The notes: generated from the sequence alone by a model not told the origin. Counted from the first letter of the stretch, positions 1-10,600 are shown. The stretch: 64,000 nucleotides of DNA from Bacteroidota bacterium (GCA_020444515.1 JAHLKX010000011.1:28862-92861); one strand, 5' to 3'. Made by a program: numbers and translations.

Positions 1-3000
1 CCTTGAGCAATAAAAATGAAACCGGCGATGGGAATTAAAATCAACAGGATCAGGTAACGCATGCTGCGCCACTTACCCTGCCGGCTGAGTTTATGTTCAA
101 GCATTTTGGTTTCATCAGGATTGACGGAATATTTAATAAACAGCCGGAAGGTTTCATCAAAAAGCTGGGGAAACGGTTTACGCACGATCAACCCCCGGGC
201 AATTAACTTATTGATCCGGATTTTATTTTTCAGGTTGAGCATGCCATCATCGGCCAGGTCAAATAAAATCATTTTTTCCATGCTATTGAGGTTATTCCAT
301 ATATAAAAATAGTGCGGTTCCATGCGCCCCTGGGTCCCGATGAATTGCTTTAATTTTTCTTCGGATTCTTCAACACATTCTTTCTGGCTTGCTAAGCCTT
401 CTTCGTGTGGAGAAGATTTTGCCGTCGTTGCTCGGCCCAACTCCTCATGAAAGTCAACAGCTCCGGTAAATTTGAAAAAATCACGAATCAAGTTAACCCA
501 GTTTTGCCTGACATAGAAAGTTTCCTTGTCGCCTTCATTTGCTTCCAGCACTTCATCAATGTAATCAAATTCAAAAGGCATGCTGATCACCAGCTTTCCC
601 TTTGACTTCTCCATCAATACCCTCAAATTTTTCAAAAAGAAAGGATGAAGATCTGGCTGGTAAATGATATCCTCTGTTCCGTAAACCCATATCAACTTGT
701 CCTTATTAAGACTGGTCTTATCAATCTCATGATCCTTATTCGACAAATCTCCGGCATAAAGTGGCTCAATTTTATAGCTTGGATTTGATCGGGCACCTTC
801 TTTCGATCTCAAACTGCCTGATGCAAATATGTGCTGCGCCTTTTCTCTATATTTTTTTTCCTGGAGGGTAATGAGTAATATATGAGGTTTGGTTTCATCC
901 GTTAGAATTTCAGCCCAGTTATTGGTTGGCGGATCAATCCATTTAACGATGGCTGTATTGAGGATACTATCGGAAAGGAAAATAAACAGTCGCCAAACAA
1001 ATACAATGGCCAGCAGGATGGGTAATAAAAGGTATAAAACCCAGTTGATCAAGCTGATGGGTTCTTCTTCCCGGGACTTTACGGTCACAAATCCTTCCAT
1101 CCCACCTTTTGAATAGGTGAACAGTGAATCGTTTATCTCCCATTCATTGGCATCACTCTTATTTTTCAATAATTCGGCCAGATCATCCTTTTGGGTTAAT
1201 GGATCAGGCATAAAAGCATAAACCTTCCCAGCCGAGGAGAGTGTGGGTGATAGATCGGATAGTTCTATCGAATCCTGAATTTTAAATGTCAGTCCATCCA
1301 GACCATTTCCCTGAATTTGTCTGAACCACCTCAACTGGCTTTGGTTCCCCATTTGTTTATTCAGCATTAGATTCTGCTCAGCCATATCTTTGACCTTATC
1401 GTAATGCCATAAGTTGTCTTCCTGCAATTTTACAGCACGGTAGTATTCAACCACCGGAACTGCGGTAAGACTCAATAACCAAACAAACATATAAACAAGG
1501 TATATCCTTTTCGTTTGCATTACGGATGCATTGTTCTGCGCTGAATTTGGTTCTTGTTTTTCATTTGGATCAGTTGTGGATAATTGCATTTCCGAACCTG
1601 CGTCGTCCCGATCAACTTTCTTTGAATGATAATGTATATAAATATAGAGAACGACAATTAGCCCAGTTGAAACCAAAAAGCCTATTCCTGGATTCAAATA
1701 CCAAAAAAGTCCGAATAGAATCAGGATGATCAGCATGATGAGTGTACTGGCAAGGTGTGAGGGTTTTAATACATTCCTTAATGGTTCTGATCTTCCTCCG
1801 GCTAAAGCAAGGACCGCCAAACCCGAGAAAGCGATAAATATCATCTGATAAATAAAAAGGCTGATGGGTTCACCTATAAAAAACATACCAAGTCCCTGCG
1901 CAACAATGAGGACAACCTGAACAATGAGTAATTTTTTGTATCGGTATTCCCATTTGGATTGAAACCATAACCACGAAAGTGACCACCCTCCTCGCTTAAT
2001 AAATACATGGTGGGGATTCGATAATTGGATGACCAACATGCCAATGCCAATACAAATGAAAGTGGCCAGCATGAGGTAAAATGTAATCAGAAAGATCCGG
2101 GCATTTTGATTTTGATTTTTTTCCAGGTCCAGAAGGGTAATGTGTGATAAGGGTGTATCAGGGATCGGCACAATCCGTGCCAGCCATTTTTTTTCATTAT
2201 AGGTAATGGGGATGATGGTGCTGCCCCGGTGTTTCATAGCTCCCATTAACTTTACATCCCTGCCGCATTCATCCAGGAAGTTTTCATGAAGATTTTTCGA
2301 CTTGATAGAATGGAACATCACATTTCCCTGCCTATTGATGACCACATAATGAATGTCTTTCGGAAGGGTCTGGTGATACATGGATGGCAGTGCAGAAGTG
2401 ATGGCCATCACGGGCTCTCCAAATAAGTGGGACCAGGTTGAGTCGAGGGGGAATGAAATGGCTGTCTCCTGATAGCCTGTATTGTATGATTTAATGGATT
2501 CGATGTAAAAATTAATTTCTCGGTCCCGTTCATACCAGCTTGAATCCTTGTTTATGGCATTTTTAAAGTAGAGTCGTTCGCTCAAATCTATGGGCACATA
2601 AATATCATTCAATCCTTCCTTTTCAAAGGAAACACTATCCATGAAAGGGGTTCGTGTAGCGGCCTCTGAAACTTTGCCATCCTTACTGATCAGCAGAATC
2701 TCATTAATGGGGATCTTGTTTTTCAACAAAGATTGAGGAAGTTGTGCAATCTTCGAATCAAACATAAAAATCATGTTGGTATACAACGAAAGATCTGTCG
2801 GCTCATATCCCGGTTTTGCAATGATGGCGGAATGCAAATCCAATATTTCATCCACATCATCCTGAAAATTATGATACAATCGACCTGAAATGTTCTCGAT
2901 CCGATTTCGAAGCATCTCCTGGTCAACGACATAATGTTTCATGATGCTGAGCAGGATCAATACAAATAAACCCACTCCCAAAATCAGGGAAAGTGTGGTC

Positions 3001-3902
3001 CAGGATGCATCCCGAGCATGCAATCGCTCTTTTCGATTGATAAAAATCAATTTTAAAACCGGCATCCCGGCAAGGATCAGGAGCAGGACACCTGCAATCA
3101 CAATGAGCAACTGACTATCAATGGATCGCGTCTTTTTCTGATAGGCTTTACCCGACACAAAACCAGCCAGAAAATAATTTTTGCCTAAAAACCGGAAAGG
3201 GACGACCATTACATGCTTTTTCTCTCCTCGCACCCTGATGCTCTCAATGATACCTCCCTGCAGCTTGCGGGTACTGTCGCTGATGGCTTTGGGATTGGTG
3301 ATATCCTGAACAAAATCCTGGTTATAATTATACAGCACCTTCGAACTGTCAAACATGACCATATTATCAAAAAGGCGATCGAATTTAAGGCCTTCCATCA
3401 GTTTCTCAATGGGAACCTTATGCACCAATTCTTGGTCCCCGTCTTTGTTGAAAATAATATCCGTATAGAAATTATGGGATATAAAACTCAAATAACCATT
3501 CTCCAATTTACCCCTATAATTTTTATCGGAGGGACGAATAGCAGATGCAGGAAGGGTATCGGTAACCACACTTCTTTCAAGTCCGCCAATGACATCTTTG
3601 ATTAAATCGATTTCATTGAGCGCATCTTTCAAGTCATTCATCTCATAATCCTGCCAGTCGGATTCAAGGACAAATTTGAAAGTGTAAAATATGTCGTAAT
3701 TTTCGACATGCTTTCTGTAGTAATCATACTTTTCGTGGATGCTGTTACCATATTCTTTAAGAATTCTGAAAGCTCGCCGGTTTAAGGCTTCCTCCTGCTG
3801 TGGTACATAAATAAAGAAGTAGGAAACATAGAGCAAAACGATGGCCAGGAAAATAACGACCCAACCGATGGAATTGACATTGATCAGTCTTTTAGATTTC
3901 AT
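1..3902 (-). CDS. Large (>1300 aa) multi-pass membrane protein with Cache-like extracytoplasmic domains and a cytoplasmic degenerate STAND-like/winged-helix region; 3' end outside the window
   Basis: Manual translation from ATG 3902: MKSKRLINVNSIGWVVIFLAIVLLYVSYFFIYVP...IDLSERLYFKNA...YVVINRQGNVMFHS...HYFYIWNNLNSMEKMILFDLADDGMLNLKN...LIARGLI...MRYLILLILIPIAGFIFIAQ. The frame is open to position 3, so there is no stop in the window and the ORF track omits it. A TAACTTTG promoter element lies upstream. Confidence 0.85.
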   Translation of the reverse strand, partial: MKSKRLINVNSIGWVVIFLAIVLLYVSYFFIYVPQQEEALNRRAFRILKEYGNSIHEKYDYYRKHVENYDIFYTFKFVLESDWQDYEMNDLKDALNEIDLIKDVIGGLERSVVTDTLPASAIRPSDKNYRGKLENGYLSFISHNFYTDIIFNKDGDQELVHKVPIEKLMEGLKFDRLFDNMVMFDSSKVLYNYNQDFVQDITNPKAISDSTRKLQGGIIESIRVRGEKKHVMVVPFRFLGKNYFLAGFVSGKAYQKKTRSIDSQLLIVIAGVLLLILAGMPVLKLIFINRKERLHARDASWTTLSLILGVGLFVLILLSIMKHYVVDQEMLRNRIENISGRLYHNFQDDVDEILDLHSAIIAKPGYEPTDLSLYTNMIFMFDSKIAQLPQSLLKNKIPINEILLISKDGKVSEAATRTPFMDSVSFEKEGLNDIYVPIDLSERLYFKNAINKDSSWYERDREINFYIESIKSYNTGYQETAISFPLDSTWSHLFGEPVMAITSALPSMYHQTLPKDIHYVVINRQGNVMFHSIKSKNLHENFLDECGRDVKLMGAMKHRGSTIIPITYNEKKWLARIVPIPDTPLSHITLLDLEKNQNQNARIFLITFYLMLATFICIGIGMLVIQLSNPHHVFIKRGGWSLSWLWFQSKWEYRYKKLLIVQVVLIVAQGLGMFFIGEPISLFIYQMIFIAFSGLAVLALAGGRSEPLRNVLKPSHLASTLIMLIILILFGLFWYLNPGIGFLVSTGLIVVLYIYIHYHSKKVDRDDAGSEMQLSTTDPNEKQEPNSAQNNASVMQTKRIYLVYMFVWLLSLTAVPVVEYYRAVKLQEDNLWHYDKVKDMAEQNLMLNKQMGNQSQLRWFRQIQGNGLDGLTFKIQDSIELSDLSPTLSSAGKVYAFMPDPLTQKDDLAELLKNKSDANEWEINDSLFTYSKGGMEGFVTVKSREEEPISLINWVLYLLLPILLAIVFVWRLFIFLSDSILNTAIVKWIDPPTNNWAEILTDETKPHILLITLQEKKYREKAQHIFASGSLRSKEGARSNPSYKIEPLYAGDLSNKDHEIDKTSLNKDKLIWVYGTEDIIYQPDLHPFFLKNLRVLMEKSKGKLVISMPFEFDYIDEVLEANEGDKETFYVRQNWVNLIRDFFKFTGAVDFHEELGRATTAKSSPHEEGLASQKECVEESEEKLKQFIGTQGRMEPHYFYIWNNLNSMEKMILFDLADDGMLNLKNKIRINKLIARGLIVRKPFPQLFDETFRLFIKYSVNPDETKMLEHKLSRQGKWRSMRYLILLILIPIAGFIFIAQ

Positions 3903-3938
3903 AGCGTACCAGGATATGGTTGTTTGTTAAGGTTCTAA

Positions 3939-3946
3939 CAAAGTTA
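3939..3946 (-). promoter_or_regulatory. Bacteroidota sigmaA -7 element (TAnnTTTG)
   Basis: TAACTTTG on the minus strand, 36 nt upstream of ATG 3902. Confidence 0.55.
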
Positions 3947-4022
3947 ATCCAATACAGCCGTAAAATCAATTAATTAACGTTTTAATAACAGAAATATAGT
4001 GAAATTGTCCACGACACGTGGT

Positions 4023-4200
4023 TTAATTCAGGTGCTCTAAAATGGAATGGATACTGGGCCTTTTCCTGTAATCCCGGTCAAACCATGTTTTTTCTATAAT
4101 TCCTGAAGAATCAATAATATAGGTAGCCGGAACCGGCAGGTAGTGAATCCGTTCGGGCTGCGGACATCATAAGATATAAAGTAAAAATTCCTGCTTTCAT
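4023..4200 (-). pseudogene. Internally deleted remnant of a peroxiredoxin-like (AhpC/TSA) gene
   Basis: 4166..4023 reads CPQPERIHYLPVPATYIIDSSGIIEKTWFDRDYRKRPSIHSILEHLN*, a typical AhpC/TSA-like C-terminus, and is preceded by an in-frame TGA. An out-of-frame signal-peptide-like start (MKAGIFTLYLMMSA) begins at 4200. Confidence 0.6.
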
Positions 4201-4292
4201 GAAGGAGTTATTTATTGTCATAGACAAAAAGAAGTGATTCTCCTTACAAAATCAGCCTGAAGAAAAAAGGAATTCTCGGATTCAAATAAAGA

Positions 4293-4982
4293 TTATGTAG
4301 AAGTGGCAGCGACAGCCGGCATGATGGTGGTTATCATAATAGCGGCCTGCATGGCCTCGATGGCCTCCTGGGTGGCTTTGCCCATCAATTCACCTTCGGT
4401 CAATTGTTTGATCCGTTGTTTCTTCTCCTTCAATCTTTTGCGGTCAAATAGTTTGGGCAAAAGGTGAACAGCCTGGCAAATGGAGATCAGGATCACTGTT
4501 TCGGGATCGGGAGAAGTGGATGAACCAAATATGGTTTTTTCAAGGCTGTCAATAATGGCTTTCTCAGGTTTTGGATTCACTTCCGGATACACCCGGTGTT
4601 TAAAAAAGAACAATACCTTTTCTTCTTTTTCCTTTAAGATCCCCTTTCTGCAGAGCTGCTTGGCTGTTCGCTGTTTTAAACTTTTTAGTCCGGAAAATCG
4701 TTGGACCCAGGTTTGCAGTTGCGCCCGTCTTTTGGCCTGGGCAATTTTTTTCAGACAGGCATCTAGCAACACGTCACCCGAAGATTTTGATGTCTCAAGC
4801 TTAAGGTATTTTCGTTTACGTACATTTTCAACCGACACATATTGTTTTAAGAGCAATTCTGCTAACATCGCGCCTGCAAGTGCATGGCGATAATTAACTG
4901 TAGCAAAAAAAGTTCCTTCTTTATCCTTCAGGGCCAAAAGAAATATCTTCTCATAAAGGTGTAAATTATAATCTGTCTGCAT
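4293..4982 (-). CDS. GPP34 (GOLPH3/Vps74-like) family protein
   Basis: 229 aa; LHLYEKIFLLALKDKEG, ALAGAMLAELLL, GDVLLD and LCRKGIL...VLFFF...YP match the family pattern. Confidence 0.85.
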   Translation of the reverse strand: MQTDYNLHLYEKIFLLALKDKEGTFFATVNYRHALAGAMLAELLLKQYVSVENVRKRKYLKLETSKSSGDVLLDACLKKIAQAKRRAQLQTWVQRFSGLKSLKQRTAKQLCRKGILKEKEEKVLFFFKHRVYPEVNPKPEKAIIDSLEKTIFGSSTSPDPETVILISICQAVHLLPKLFDRKRLKEKKQRIKQLTEGELMGKATQEAIEAMQAAIMITTIMPAVAATST

Positions 4983-5175
4983 GGTTCTGTATTTTATTTA
5001 CTTATTAAAGATTCGCTAAATTATGCAATCTTCATCAAAAGATAATATTTAGTAAAAATATGCATTAATCAACTTTTTGCCAGTGATAATTAACAATTCG
5101 TAAATCCTAACTGACCAATGGTTAATCCCACCGAGTCAATGGTAATAGCAACCTCAAAAACATCTGGAAAACTCC

Positions 5176-5183
5176 TATATTTG
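5176..5183 (+). promoter_or_regulatory. Bacteroidota sigmaA -7 element
   Basis: TATATTTG, 17 nt before ATG 5201. Confidence 0.6.
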
Positions 5184-5200
5184 CATGAAACCTCAAAATC

Positions 5201-6880
5201 ATGCACAAAAAAAACATCCGGTCTTTCCTGCTGACGTTATTGGCCATCGTATTTTCCATAGCGCTGATGTTTGCCTTTATTGAGATACCTGCATTATTAA
5301 ATTCCCTGCTTGAGCAAAAAGTCGGGTTTCCGGGATTTGACCATGGTGCCGATGCCAATTCAGCTTATATGACTGATGTGTATATCGATGCACTGTATCT
5401 TCGCTGGATCGGATATACATGCCTTGGATTGGTCATCGTGTTCATTATACTGGGATTCATGACCAGAAAAACAGGTTGGGCATGGGCTGGTGCTTTCACC
5501 CTCTTTTTGCCCGTTTTCGGACAATTCGCCCTGAGTATGTTTTTTCTTTCCGGTTTGGGCATTTTACGTGCAGGATGGTTTCCCTTTATGGACATTTCAT
5601 GGGACACGCTAAACCTGGGAAGGGTCATATATTTACCTTATGATATAATCATGCAAATCGGTTTTCTGGCCGGTTGGAATGCACATTTTTTCATAGCCTG
5701 GGCCCTCATGGCAGCAGGTTCATTTCTATTTACATGGGGTGTGTTGGTATGGTTCAAAGCCCGCTTTCAGGGTGGCGGTATTGCAACAAACCGGATATAT
5801 AAAATCAGTCGTCATCCACAATACCTCGGATGGATATTATGGAGCTATGGTCTTATGCTTTATGCCTCTAACCTGAATGATATGAAAAAGAGTTGGGGTG
5901 TGGGCTCCAGTCTGCCATGGCTATTGATGACCATGATCATCATCGCCATATGCTTACTCGAGGAACGCAAAATGAGTCAGCAATATGGGGATGCATATGA
6001 TCGATACCGTTCCGAAACGCCTTTTCTGTTCCCCCTACCAAAGTTGATAAAATCAATCATTCTTGCACCATTCCGACTACTCCACCGCAAGTCCTTTCCC
6101 CAAAGCAAACTTGAAATTTTATCGTTTACCGGATTTTATACAATCTTTCTAATAACCGTTTCTGCCATTTGGATCGGTTTTGAAAGAACACCTTTGGAAA
6201 AATTGCCAGATGGAAACACAGAAGCCATCAATATTGACTCCATAGTTAATGAAATCCAGCGACCAGGAATAAAAAGAAGAGACATTGCAAAATTATTTGA
6301 CTACCTCGATCTGGCAGGAAAGCAATCCGAAAACGTGCTCATTGATCTTATCCATAATCCTGAACCAGCGATAAGAGAGTTTTCAGCACAAAGTCTGGGA
6401 CATATAAAATCGGTCAAATCTATTCCATACCTAACTGAATTATTGAAAGATGACCAATCGCGCGTGGTAACAGGAGCCATTATTGCATTAGGAGAAATAG
6501 GTCACCGGGAGTGTTTCGATCCACTTATTGAACGACTCACAGATCCAAAATTCCGGGGTTTCAAAGGCCATATTTTTAATGCCCTTGCAAATATCGGTCA
6601 TTCAGATGCCCTGCCTTATTTGATCGAAGGTCTGGGAGAAACAAACTGGTATACCCGAGTAGCCGCTTTATCAGCGATCCATAAGATCGAACCCAAGGAA
6701 AGTTACCCCTACGTTTATCAATCCCTGACTGATGAACATCCCAGGGTTCGGCGGGAAGCTGTACTTATTTTGCTAAAGGATAAACCGTCGGATGCTTCGA
6801 CTCACCTGGAGAAACTTTTGAATGATGAGGATTTTGAAACCCGGTTTTATGCACGAATAGCTTTACGGACCATCCATTGA
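5201..6880 (+). CDS. Membrane protein: isoprenylcysteine carboxyl methyltransferase/PEMT-like domain fused to C-terminal HEAT repeats
   Basis: Many TM segments; ICMT/PEMT motifs IYKISRHPQYLGWILW and EERKMSQQYGDAYDRYRSETPFLFP; HEAT repeats (IREFSAQSLG, VVTGAIIALGEIG, TRVAALSAI, VRREAVLIL, TRFYARIAL). Confidence 0.8.
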   Translation: MHKKNIRSFLLTLLAIVFSIALMFAFIEIPALLNSLLEQKVGFPGFDHGADANSAYMTDVYIDALYLRWIGYTCLGLVIVFIILGFMTRKTGWAWAGAFTLFLPVFGQFALSMFFLSGLGILRAGWFPFMDISWDTLNLGRVIYLPYDIIMQIGFLAGWNAHFFIAWALMAAGSFLFTWGVLVWFKARFQGGGIATNRIYKISRHPQYLGWILWSYGLMLYASNLNDMKKSWGVGSSLPWLLMTMIIIAICLLEERKMSQQYGDAYDRYRSETPFLFPLPKLIKSIILAPFRLLHRKSFPQSKLEILSFTGFYTIFLITVSAIWIGFERTPLEKLPDGNTEAINIDSIVNEIQRPGIKRRDIAKLFDYLDLAGKQSENVLIDLIHNPEPAIREFSAQSLGHIKSVKSIPYLTELLKDDQSRVVTGAIIALGEIGHRECFDPLIERLTDPKFRGFKGHIFNALANIGHSDALPYLIEGLGETNWYTRVAALSAIHKIEPKESYPYVYQSLTDEHPRVRREAVLILLKDKPSDASTHLEKLLNDEDFETRFYARIALRTIH

Positions 6881-6890
6881 TCCAACCGAT

Positions 6891-6950
6891 ATAGGAGTTG
6901 CAAATGAACATGTTCGATCCTTTCAGATCAAAACAGCACATTGGCTCTAT
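6891..6950. repeat. Long imperfect intergenic hairpin (REP-like or terminator) between convergent genes
   Basis: ATAG-GAG...AATG...TGTT-C-GATC-ctttca-GATC-A-AAACA...CATT..CTC-TAT. Confidence 0.35.
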
Positions 6951-6982
6951 AAGCAGGAAATTTAAGAATTTAAAATGACTGA

Positions 6983-7411
6983 TCAGCTGATCTCAACCAG
7001 CTTAACATCAAATACGAGATCCTTGCCGGCCAATTTATGATTGGCATCAATGACTATGGCTTCTGGCTTTAATTCTTTCACGGTTACCACAATCTGTTGT
7101 CCATCCGGCTGTTGTGAAACCAGCTCCATTCCAACTTCAGGTTTCAGATCGGGGGGCAATTGTGATTTAGGAACATCAATGATCAGATCTTCACGAACAT
7201 CGCCATAAGCTTCTCCGGCATTGATATTTATGGTTTTATTTTCATCAACCTGCATTCCAACAACACCTTCATCAAATCCACGGATAAGTTTACCATCCCC
7301 TACTTTGAACTCAAGGGGTTCCTTTCCTTCCGAAGAGTCAAATACAGTTCCGTCTGTTAATTTTCCGGTGTAATGTACCTTAACGGTGTCGCCTTTTTTT
7401 ACTTGTGTCAT
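6983..7411 (-). CDS. slyD: FKBP-type peptidyl-prolyl isomerase, SlyD/SlpA type (insert-in-flap domain, no His-rich tail)
   Basis: VKVHYTGKLTDGTVFDSS, GEAYG, IDANHKLAGKDLVFDVKLVEI. Confidence 0.9.
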   Translation of the reverse strand: MTQVKKGDTVKVHYTGKLTDGTVFDSSEGKEPLEFKVGDGKLIRGFDEGVVGMQVDENKTININAGEAYGDVREDLIIDVPKSQLPPDLKPEVGMELVSQQPDGQQIVVTVKELKPEAIVIDANHKLAGKDLVFDVKLVEIS

Positions 7412-7579
7412 GATAAAGTCTTTTTTTTAAATGAATAAAAATCCGGAAGAGCACTGATGACAAGGTCAGTTGCATCCGGAGTTTAATTTTTTCCAGAAAC
7501 GATAGCTGAAAAAACCATGAAGGAGGCACGGGCCGTACCTTATGACAAAGCTCAAACAAAGATCGGATCCATCGGCCTG

Positions 7580-7587
7580 CAAAGGTA
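7580..7587 (-). promoter_or_regulatory. Bacteroidota sigmaA -7 element implying a ~160-nt slyD leader
   Basis: TACCTTTG on the minus strand. Confidence 0.45.
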
Positions 7588-7650
7588 AACTTTTTGGTTT
7601 AGAACTCCTAATACGGGGTCAAATTCAGGCCGTCCTAAATCTTCTTCTAT

Positions 7651-10600
7651 CTAATTTTCAGGCAGCGGTTGACCCTCAATCCAGGGAGCTCCACTTTCTG
7701 ACAACAAAGCTTCAAGTTCCGGGATCCGCTGCGTCCGGATCTCTTCCAGTTGGGGTTTAAAAGCATCCATTTCCGATTGGGCTATCTGCAGGTTCTGCCG
7801 GTGTAATGGGGTTGGACCATATGTTCCCGATAATCCTGACTGCGCCACCCTCAGCCAATGTCTGATGGTTGGATTGATTTTTTCACCCACTTCCCTTTTG
7901 GATCGGTTTCCATTTAGGGTTATATCCAGTTCAAAGAGATCTCTTTTTGTTTTGTAAATCATACTATCCAACGCGAGTGTTGCTTCAGGGGCTCTTGATA
8001 ATGCTTTTTCCATTGCCTTCAAGCGATCCATAGAATTTTTCAATGCAATAGCTGTAGCAGAATAGGATGCATTTAATTGATCTACCGATTCCCGGTAAGC
8101 CTTTATATCCTCGTAGGATGCTCGGGCGAGTGCTCCATTTTCATACAATGGCTTAACCACTACCGGAACAGGTCCGGCCAGATCTTCAGATTGCCCGTCG
8201 ATGCTTTTGACCAGTGTAGCATAATAAGTACCGGGCACAACCATAAATCCTTTTGGCTCATAGGATGAATTAGCATCTTCAAGTCGAATGGCATTGACAG
8301 AAGAATACCTTAAATCCCAGGTTGTACGATGAATTCCTTTGCTGGTTGAAGCTTTCACCTCCCGTATCAGATTGCCATTTTCATCACGGATTACAAGTTT
8401 AACCAGGGGTTTATCCTGCATGCGCTCTTCTTCCAGTGCATCCCAACCCGGAAACTGTAGCGGTTTATCTTCTTTGGTCAATTTCTTTTCCTCTTCCTTT
8501 CTTTCTGTCTTCATTGATTTTAGAGATTCTTTCAGATAATAAGTGAATGTAGCACCAAAAGGGGGATTTGGGGCAGTATAATATGCAGCTCCCTGTGACC
8601 CTTTCTCGCCCCATCCGACTTTCATCCGCTCAACATACCATTCGGCATCCCGGGGTTGAAAAAGGAAGGCTTCCCCATCCAGCAGTTCCTGACTTATTTC
8701 GCGCAAAGGGCTGTAATCATCCAGGACGAAAAAGCCCCGCCCGAATGAAGCTCCGACAAGATCATTTTCTCGCTTTTGAATGGCCAGATCCCGGAATGAA
8801 ATGGTGGGAATGCCAGCTTTCAATTGTATCCATTTTTCTCCGCCATTCAAGGTAAAGTAGATACCAAATTCGGTTGCCAGGAAAAACATTTCAGGTTTGA
8901 CATGATCCTGAACAATGCGCCAAAGCAATGTTCGACCCGGCAGGTTCCCCTTGATGGACCTCCATGATTGACCCCGATCAGTACTTTTAAAAAGATAGGG
9001 TTCCAAATCGCCGAATTTGTGATTGTCCAGCACCACATACACCGTATTGGCATCGTAAAGATCGGCTTTGATATCATTGACGAAAGCGGTTGCCGGGACT
9101 CCGGACATTGCACTTACTTCAATTCTGCGCCAGTTTTCTCCACCATCTTCTGTCACCTGGATCAAACCATCATCTGTTCCGGCATAAATCAATCCTTCTT
9201 GCATTGGAGACTCGGCCAGGGATGTAATAGAATTATAATTCGACATGGCTTCAAAATCCCAGGGAGAGTCCCAGCTCCAGGTCTGGTCCATGATGGGCAG
9301 TTCAAGTCTTTCCTGGTTCCGGGTCAGGTCACCCGAAATGGAAGTCCAGCTGTCACCCCGGTCATCAGAGCGCCAGACCCGTTGAGAAGCAAAATAGATT
9401 CTCTTAGGTGTATGGGGGCTGACCAGTATGGGAGAATCCCAGTTGTTTCGTTCGTAAACTTCACCGGCCTCGGGCTGTGGTTTAATATACACCTGTTCAC
9501 CGGTGATCATATCGATGCGATGCAACTCACCTTCCTGCGACTGCGCATAAACAATATTGGGATTTCCCGGTTCGGTAGCCGGCTGATGTCCGTCACCACC
9601 CAAAACAATAGACCAGTCTGCATTGCGAATACCGCTGCGGTTGTCGGTCCGACTGGGTCCTCCCTGCGTACTGTTGTCCTGTGTTCCACCATAAATATGA
9701 TAAAAAGGTTCGGCATCATCCAGGGCCAGTTTATAAAATTGGGTGACCGGTAAATTGGCTACGAATCGCCAGTTTTCTGCCAGGTCGTAGCTTTCATACA
9801 AGCCCCCATCGGTTCCAATGAGTAAATAATCGGGATCGCTTTTTCGGAATGCGATGGCATGATTGTCTGAGTGTTTATATTGCTCACTTAAACGTTTGAA
9901 GGTTTTTCCGCCATCTTCTGACCATTGGATTCTCACGTCCATTAAGTATATCCGGTCAAACTGGTGCGGTGAGGCATACAACTCCTGGTAATAGTGGGGG
10001 CCGGTAGCGCCCGAAACCGTATTGGACATTTTTTTCCAGGATGACCCGCGATCTTCAGATTTATAAACACCACCTGTCCGTCGGTCGAGTTCAATGGCTG
10101 CATATAAAATATCTGGTTTTTGAGGAGAAATGGCCAATCCTATTTTACCCATATTGGACGATGGCAATCCTGATTTAAGTTTCTCCCATGTTTCTCCACC
10201 ATCCGTGGAACGATGAATCCCTGAGCCCGGTCCACCTCCCATATAAGCTGCCACATTTCGGTGACGTTGCCAGGTAGCGGCATACAACCGGTCGGGATTA
10301 CGCGGATCCATTACGACTTCTGTAACACCCGTCCATTCATCGTCACCCAGTGTCCTGGTCCATGTTTTTCCACCATCGGTTGTTTTATATAAACCACGAT
10401 CACCCCCTTTATTCCATAGAGGCCCCTGGGCAGCCACCCACAATACATTCGAATTTTCGGGATGAATGATGATCCTGGAAATATGATGCGATTCTTTCAA
10501 ACCCATGTTCTTCCAACTCTTACCGCCATCCTGGCTTCGGTAAATACCGTCCCCATATCCAACATGGCGTCCGCCTATATTTTCTCCGGTTCCCACCCAA

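Noticed and set aside
61-3605. Five short plus-strand ORFs in the ORF track
   Set aside because: They are antisense shadows of the long minus-strand gene 1..3902
4167-4169. TGA before the peroxiredoxin-like fragment as a selenocysteine codon
   Set aside because: No catalytic N-terminal domain lies upstream in that frame; a deletion remnant is simpler
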